This document shows positions 7,920-13,060 of a stretch of 13,060 nucleotides of DNA, in pieces. Under the pieces are notes generated by a model. The model searched no databases, was not told where the DNA came from, and saw only the letters and a program-made list of their open reading frames with translations. Source of the DNA: Campylobacterota bacterium (lineage in GTDB: Bacteria > Campylobacterota > Campylobacteria > Campylobacterales > Sulfurimonadaceae); NCBI GenBank assembly GCA_034717975.1, contig JAYEMF010000084.1, positions 1-13,060 on the forward strand, given 5' to 3'. The stretch's first letter is position 1. Every line of letters starts with the position of its first letter. A program made the translations under genes and the position numbers.

Positions 7920-7941
7920 ACTATAATTAGAGCAGCTCTAA
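7920..7941 (-). promoter_or_regulatory. -10-like box with an adjacent perfect palindrome upstream of the HDOD gene
   Basis: TATAGT (minus strand, 7920-7925); TTAGAGC-A-GCTCTAA at 7927-7941. Confidence 0.45.
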
Positions 7942-7947
7942 AAAACC

Positions 7948-9447
7948 TTATATATCATCCGGCCCGCCCTTCCATACCAACGGAATAGCTATCTCAAAAC
8001 AAGCACCCTCACTGCTGTTTTCTACGCTGATCGTGCCATGCAGATGCTTCTCGACAATGGTCTTGGACATATAGAGCCCCAGACCCGTACCGTTCTTTTC
8101 ATCTTTGGTGGTGAAGTACGGGTCAAAGATTTTCGCTATGATCGCGTTGTCGATACCGCCGCCGTTGTCACAGATAGTCATAATGACGTTTTCTGCATTA
8201 TCTCCGATAACAACATCGATCTTGCGATCTTCAGCGCGGTGCTCCATCAGAGCCTCTTTGGCATTTTTAAGCAGGTTGATACAGACCTGAAGAAGCTCCC
8301 GGGAATAGGTCTTGACCTTGTAACCGTTTCTATGCTTGACGGAGAACGCGATTAGGTTGTTTTCCAGACTTTTGCCAATGATCTTTTCGGCTTCGGCCAT
8401 CACCTCTTCAACTGTGACCTCCTCTATCGTTTTTTCAGGACGGAAGAAGTTTCTAAAGTCATCAATCGTCTTCGAGAGGTACCTGGTCTGTCTGAGGATG
8501 CTCTGCGCCTGCTCCTGGAGAGCCTCTTCGCTCACCATTTTGAGTTCAATATCGGCGAGCATATTGTTCGCCCCCATGGAAATAACGGTGATAGGCTGAC
8601 GCCACTGATGCGCGATCATGCTGATCATCTCACCCATCACAGCGTGGCGCGACTGGGCGATCATGATCTCTTCTTGTTGATCGGCTTCGGCTTCAAGCTC
8701 TTTGATATGGGTCAAATCTATAGCCGCTATAATCTTCAGCTCCTCTTTGCCGACTGCTATATTTCTACATCTTACCAATGCAGATATCCCGTTACCCTCT
8801 TTATTAAAAAGGAGGGTCTCATACGGTACTTTCCGATCACACTCCATCTCTGGGTTCTCAACACATTTTAATGCTTTGCCAATCTGCTCAAGGCTCTCTT
8901 TGCCAATCATTTCATCTTTATCGCTAAAACCAAACATCTCCAGGGCTGCACTGTTTACATTGATACAGACATTGCCTCTATAGACCAAAATTGCCTCTAA
9001 TGAAGCATCAATGACATTTCTTAAGATATCATACTGTTTATCTCTTTCCCTATCAAAGAGTATCGCTTTTGCAACGGTTTCCAGACGCTTTTTAAGCTCT
9101 TTTTTAGCTATGGGTTTAACAATATAACCATCAACATGAAGTTCTACCGCATCGAGCAGAAGTTCAGGCTCCTGATGGGCTGTTGTAATTATAATCGGGG
9201 TCTCCGGATCAATCTCTTTTATACGCCTGCTCATCTCGAGACCATTCATGACAGGCATTTTTATATCCGTTACCACAATATCGGGTCTGTACTGTTCAAA
9301 AACCGCCAGACCCTCTTTCCCGTCTTTTGCAGAGTATGCTTTTTTTGCCCACATATCCAGAAGCATCTCATAACTGCTTCTTACCCCGTCTTCATCATCG
9401 ACAAAAAGTATGGTCATCTCATTTAAGTAACTTTTACTCTGATCCAT
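7948..9447 (-). CDS. hybrid sensor kinase: REC - PAS - HisKA - HATPase
   Basis: REC with VDDE, DIKMP, T and KP intact; PAS ([20 protein letters not shown]); H-box IAHQWRQP; N-box [30 protein letters not shown]; overlaps the upstream kinase by 14 nt. Confidence 0.93.
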   Translation of the reverse strand: MDQSKSYLNEMTILFVDDEDGVRSSYEMLLDMWAKKAYSAKDGKEGLAVFEQYRPDIVVTDIKMPVMNGLEMSRRIKEIDPETPIIITTAHQEPELLLDAVELHVDGYIVKPIAKKELKKRLETVAKAILFDRERDKQYDILRNVIDASLEAILVYRGNVCINVNSAALEMFGFSDKDEMIGKESLEQIGKALKCVENPEMECDRKVPYETLLFNKEGNGISALVRCRNIAVGKEELKIIAAIDLTHIKELEAEADQQEEIMIAQSRHAVMGEMISMIAHQWRQPITVISMGANNMLADIELKMVSEEALQEQAQSILRQTRYLSKTIDDFRNFFRPEKTIEEVTVEEVMAEAEKIIGKSLENNLIAFSVKHRNGYKVKTYSRELLQVCINLLKNAKEALMEHRAEDRKIDVVIGDNAENVIMTICDNGGGIDNAIIAKIFDPYFTTKDEKNGTGLGLYMSKTIVEKHLHGTISVENSSEGACFEIAIPLVWKGGPDDI

Positions 9448-11143
9448 TGTCCATTCCCAACTCGATTATAAATACCGTTCCGCCATCTTCATTTCTGGCA
9501 GACAGCTTTCCACCCATATTCTCTTCAATGATCATTTTTGAAATATAGAGTCCCATTCCTATACCTTTACCCTGCTCTTTGGTCGTAAAGTATGGTTCAT
9601 ATATTCTATCCAGAATTTCTTGAGCTATTCCACCGCCGTTATCTTTAATCTCTATTATTGCATCATTCTCTGTTTTTGATAGAGATATCCCAATCTGCCC
9701 GTTACTCTTTCCACCCTCCATAATGGCATCTTTTGCATTATTTACGATGTTTAGAACAACCTGTTGAAATTCATTTGGAAGACCAAAAACAGCAAGATCA
9801 TCACCAGTGATATCAAAAGCTATATTATTGTTTTTGAGTTGCGTAGCTACGATATCCAACGTATTTTTTATCTTCTCTTTTACACTAAAGTGATCTTTCT
9901 GCTTGTTTATTCTAAAAAAATCACTGAAATCTGTAATGGTTTTAGATAAAAATCTTATAGTCTCCGTATTTTTTGATACAAATTTTTCAACAAACGCTTC
10001 ATCTATGACACCACCCTCGTAAAACTCTTCAAGCATCTCGATATTGATATTGAGCTCATTGAGAGGCTGTCTCCACTGATGGGCGATCGAGCCCATCATC
10101 TCCCCCATGGCAACAAGTTTTGCATGCTGGGCAAGCTGGGATTCAATCTCTTTTGTTTTTTGGTAATTTCTTGCATTGGCAATGGCAAGCGCACATACCC
10201 CGCTTAAAGATATTGCCAGATTGAGGTATTGGTTCTTATATTCGGGGAAGGCTATCTCATCTATATTTAAGACACCGAGCAGGATACTATTATACTTTAT
10301 CTGCAAAACAAAACCGTTGCTTTTTAACAGATATTGCTCTTTTGATTTCAAGGTCTCTTCGATTGTCTCTGCAGTGACATTTTCTGTCAAAAACTGTTTT
10401 TCCAGTTTTGAATCCCTTATAGAGAGATAAAAGAGTGTTTTAGGAGCAAAAAGCATGCTGAAGATCTCAATGATCCTCTCTATGATCTCTCTCTCATCAA
10501 GTTTTTGATTCAGGTGGCTTATTAGATCAAATGCCATTGTATGGTCAGCCGAACTCTTAAACGCCTCTTTCAGTTTTTTTGAGTTCTCTGCACAATCCAT
10601 TTTACCGACAATATTTGTCACATAGAGTTTAAACTGATCCAGACCTATTGGCAAAACCTCATAAGGCTGCTCTACAAAAGCAGAGAACTCCTTCAGGTTC
10701 TCTATAGCATCACTGTCAACCCCGGTATCCAAAAGAAGAAGCTTTTTACAAAATTCCTTATAAAACTCTACCGCTGTACTTTTATCGAATCCCCAGCTTT
10801 TCGTTACATACTTTTTCCAGTTTGAAAGCCATCCCGGGGTTATTATATAGGCGCCCTCTTTTATATGATGATCGACCAGACTCTTTGGAGCAAACATATA
10901 AAAGCAGTTTTCAGACTTGAAGAGTTCGATATTTTTGGGCAGGGAGGCAGCATCAAGGGTACATCCGCCTATCACTGCTACTTTTTGATATCGGTTGAGA
11001 AGTTCTTTATCAAAATTCTCTTTGATGTGGGGAAAATTACATTTTGCCTGATAGGTCAAGATATCTATATTGCTGAACGCTTCTGCAATAGCTTTGATCT
11101 CTTTTTCAAAACTTTTGCAGACTAACAGACATATCTTGCCCAT
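9434..11143 (-). CDS. cytoplasmic sensor histidine kinase: DUF1638-like Cys-rich domain - GAF-like - HisKA - HATPase
   Basis: N-terminal LVC..C..GGC..NC..YIITPGWL..LLLLDTG (DUF1638-like pattern); GAF-like region ending LAIANARNYQ; H-box [35 protein letters not shown]; no TM helix; RBS AAGGAG. Confidence 0.88.
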   Translation of the reverse strand: MGKICLLVCKSFEKEIKAIAEAFSNIDILTYQAKCNFPHIKENFDKELLNRYQKVAVIGGCTLDAASLPKNIELFKSENCFYMFAPKSLVDHHIKEGAYIITPGWLSNWKKYVTKSWGFDKSTAVEFYKEFCKKLLLLDTGVDSDAIENLKEFSAFVEQPYEVLPIGLDQFKLYVTNIVGKMDCAENSKKLKEAFKSSADHTMAFDLISHLNQKLDEREIIERIIEIFSMLFAPKTLFYLSIRDSKLEKQFLTENVTAETIEETLKSKEQYLLKSNGFVLQIKYNSILLGVLNIDEIAFPEYKNQYLNLAISLSGVCALAIANARNYQKTKEIESQLAQHAKLVAMGEMMGSIAHQWRQPLNELNINIEMLEEFYEGGVIDEAFVEKFVSKNTETIRFLSKTITDFSDFFRINKQKDHFSVKEKIKNTLDIVATQLKNNNIAFDITGDDLAVFGLPNEFQQVVLNIVNNAKDAIMEGGKSNGQIGISLSKTENDAIIEIKDNGGGIAQEILDRIYEPYFTTKEQGKGIGMGLYISKMIIEENMGGKLSARNEDGGTVFIIELGMDNGSE

Positions 11144-11163
11144 AACTGATCTCCTTACCTCAA

Positions 11164-12186
11164 CTATTCAATCGGATATTTCCCATATTTCAGGACAGCA
11201 TCTCTAATGGCCAGAAGTGTCTCCTCTTTTATATCCCACGGTATCTCTCCATGGTTTTCCGCCAAAATGAAACCTCCGCCTTTGGCCGCTTTTGAGATGG
11301 CCTCTTTTACTTTCTCATGGGTCTCCTCTACGCTCCAGTGTCTCATCTCTATCGCATTGAGATTTCCAAGAAGCGTCAATTTACCGTCAGCTTCCTCTTT
11401 TAATTTTGCCAGATCCTCCAAGGAACTGACTCCTACAACGGCAGTACCGGTATTGGCCACATCTTTTAAAATCGGTATGCAGTTACCTGATGCAAAGTGT
11501 GTTGCAGTCGGTCCGTTTATGGCCGAGATTGTTCTTTTTGCAACCTCAAAACCTGTTTCCAGATAGAGCTCTCTCGGTATGATTGTAGAGGAAGAGACCG
11601 GGTCAAAATAACAGATTGCCGTAGCTCCCGCTTCCAGCTGTGCATTTGACCAGTTTACACAAAACTCGATATTGACATCCATCAGCTTGTTAAAAAGCTC
11701 TCTATCGTTATAGATAAGCTCCAGATACTTGTCAAAACCCATCTGCATGACAGGAAGCGAGAACGGCGAGACAACAACACCGATGATAGGAACCTCGTCA
11801 CCGGCTTTTTCTTTAAGCATTGCCGTTGCTTCCAAGACTTTTTGCAGAGGCTCAGACTCTTTTACAACAGGCGCTTTCAAGTTCTCTATGTCGGATGCCT
11901 TCAAAAAAGGTGCACCTGCATTTGGAGGACCGTCTTCGCTATAGATGACTCCTGCCCCGAATGCCTCGACTTCTATCGCTGCATAAAAGAAGGAGTAGTA
12001 ACAGTCATGCCCGTACTTCTCTCTAAGCTTAAGCTGCCCCTCATAAACATTTTCAGCTTTTGAAAAATACTCTTTTATCGACATCTTCAGCTCTTTGGCT
12101 CCATGCAGACTCAAAAGCAGAAAATAGGGAACCCTGTCTGGTTCATTCTGTCCGATAGCCGTTAATACTCTTTGCAGTGAGGTCAT
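11164..12186 (-). CDS. uroporphyrinogen decarboxylase-family / MtaA-CmuA-like methyltransferase homolog
   Basis: MTSLQRVLTAI..EPDRVP start, EVEAFGA, IGVVVSPFS, AQLEAGA, DPVSS, LLGNL, GGGFIL; lacks the HemE RQAGR motif; ATGA overlap with the upstream gene. Confidence 0.88.
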   Translation of the reverse strand: MTSLQRVLTAIGQNEPDRVPYFLLLSLHGAKELKMSIKEYFSKAENVYEGQLKLREKYGHDCYYSFFYAAIEVEAFGAGVIYSEDGPPNAGAPFLKASDIENLKAPVVKESEPLQKVLEATAMLKEKAGDEVPIIGVVVSPFSLPVMQMGFDKYLELIYNDRELFNKLMDVNIEFCVNWSNAQLEAGATAICYFDPVSSSTIIPRELYLETGFEVAKRTISAINGPTATHFASGNCIPILKDVANTGTAVVGVSSLEDLAKLKEEADGKLTLLGNLNAIEMRHWSVEETHEKVKEAISKAAKGGGFILAENHGEIPWDIKEETLLAIRDAVLKYGKYPIE

Positions 12187-12815
12187 GACTGATCCTTTAA
12201 CGCTTCAATAACATCTATAACTTTGGATGCATTTGTTGCCATTGCATCCGCACCTATCTCTTTGTAAAGGTCCTTATCAAATCTAAAAGGTGCGCCGCCG
12301 ACTACAACCTTAACACTCATCCCCTCCTGCTGTATTCTGGCTATCAACTCTTTAAGATGCAGAGCAGAGTTAAGCATCAAAACCGAGACCAGCAAGATTT
12401 CAATCTTATCCTCTTTTAAATGAGTGATCAGATTGTCTATGCTGTTTTCCTGTCCATAATCAACAAGATCGTATCCGCTTGCCCTTAAAAAGGTATAGAC
12501 AATCCTTTTCCCCAAGGTATGATAATCGTTAAAAACCACCAATCCCAGGTTTGGATCATCTACTCTTTTGCTTTTGGTCTTTGGAAGCATCTCATCTACG
12601 ATCTCTTCGCAGATCCTGCCCCCCATATAGATTTGAGAGAGTGCGATTTCACCGTTTTCCCATTTCAGGCCCATACTCTCCATCGTAGGAACAACGATCT
12701 GCTCCAATGTATCGATAAAATCACCTGAAGTGGTATTTTCAACCAGGATATCTTTAACTTTTATTCTATTTAAAGATAAAAGGGCATTTTCAAAGTCATT
12801 GATAATCTCTTGCAT
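12183..12815 (-). CDS. stand-alone corrinoid (cobalamin-binding) protein, cap + Rossmann domains
   Basis: Cap motif PTMESMGLKWENGE; DxHxxG (D97-Y-H99-T-L-G102); SVLM; VVGGAP; IGAD; RBS AAGGAG. Confidence 0.92.
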   Translation of the reverse strand: MQEIINDFENALLSLNRIKVKDILVENTTSGDFIDTLEQIVVPTMESMGLKWENGEIALSQIYMGGRICEEIVDEMLPKTKSKRVDDPNLGLVVFNDYHTLGKRIVYTFLRASGYDLVDYGQENSIDNLITHLKEDKIEILLVSVLMLNSALHLKELIARIQQEGMSVKVVVGGAPFRFDKDLYKEIGADAMATNASKVIDVIEALKDQS

Positions 12816-12846
12816 GACAGGAACTCCTTATACACTTCTATAATTG

Positions 12847-12888
12847 AGGATACTCTTATTTTCTCTGGTTTGTCAAGAAGTCGTCAAG
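12847..12888 (-). promoter_or_regulatory. candidate promoter of the corrinoid operon with a tandem CTTGAC repeat
   Basis: Minus strand TTGACA (12871-12876)-N18-TATCCT (12847-12852); CTTGAC twice at 11-bp spacing (12872-12877, 12883-12888). Confidence 0.45.
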
Positions 12889-12895
12889 TGATTCC

Positions 12896-12920
12896 AGAGA
12901 GATTTAGTACTGATCTCTCT
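12896..12920 (-). terminator. hairpin just downstream of the upstream gene's stop codon
   Basis: AGAGAGAT/ATCTCTCT 8-bp stem, 6 nt past the TGA; no U-tract. Confidence 0.35.
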
Positions 12921-12926
12921 CATACA

Positions 12927-13060
12927 TCACCCCTCCAACTCTGCCAATTTCCCCTCATACATCTCAAGAAGCTCATCCAGCTCATTCTGCACAACTTCCA
13001 GACGCTCAAACTTCACTTCGACATCACTCTCCTCTTGAGAGACAAGCTTAGAGAGTTCCA
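12927..13060 (-). CDS. 3' end of a gene, probably the C-terminal coiled coil of an ABC-F ATPase (partial)
   Basis: Open frame to the window edge: ELSKLVSQEESDVEVKFERLEVVQNELDELLEMYEGKLAELEG*; acidic coiled coil; family call is tentative. Confidence 0.6.
   Translation of the reverse strand, partial: ELSKLVSQEESDVEVKFERLEVVQNELDELLEMYEGKLAELEG

Noticed and set aside
11164..12186. True uroporphyrinogen decarboxylase (hemE)
   Set aside because: Lacks the N-terminal PxWxMRQAGR signature; sequence and context fit the MtaA/CmuA-like branch
908..12728. Numerous short (60-120 aa) antisense or alternate-frame ORFs in the ORF track
   Set aside because: All lie within or largely overlap well-supported genes and show no recognisable motifs
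12183..12815. CarH/LitR photoreceptor or methionine synthase
   Set aside because: No MerR HTH, no W-x9-EH motif, and no homocysteine-, pterin- or reactivation domains
12816..12926. Cobalamin riboswitch upstream of the B12-binding operon
   Set aside because: Only 111 nt are available, mostly taken by the RBS, promoter and hairpin; no B12-box or GGGAA/GCCACTG-type core is visible
1..13060. CRISPR array, tRNA/rRNA, transposase or integrase
   Set aside because: No regularly spaced repeats, cloverleaf or rRNA-like sequence, or DDE/tyrosine/serine recombinase ORF was seen; intergenic spaces are short

Overview
A bacterial window, probably Campylobacterota (Sulfurovum/Sulfurimonas-like). This is inferred from the AHQWRQP-type kinase H-boxes, the degenerate HDOD protein and the TATAAT-dominated promoters. 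Left half: an AT-rich secreted ORFan abutting a DUF2459 C-terminal remnant, a membrane-anchored alpha/beta hydrolase, a two-gene unit (output-less double-PAS protein plus WD40/helical-repeat protein) bracketed by a degenerate ~57-bp direct repeat, the AmmeMemoRadiSam radical SAM enzyme, a HAD hydrolase, a 100-N assembly gap and a small coiled-coil protein. Right half (minus strand) is the most interesting part: a tightly coupled operon encoding a stand-alone corrinoid (B12-binding) protein, a UroD/MtaA-fold protein with a remodelled metal site, a DUF1638-GAF-histidine kinase and a REC-PAS-histidine kinase, followed by an HDOD gene. It looks like methyltransferase/corrinoid machinery repurposed as the input of a phosphorelay, i.e. 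a candidate cobalamin-based sensing system. The window ends in the 3' end of a probable ABC-F gene. All family assignments come from motif recognition by eye; no searches were run.
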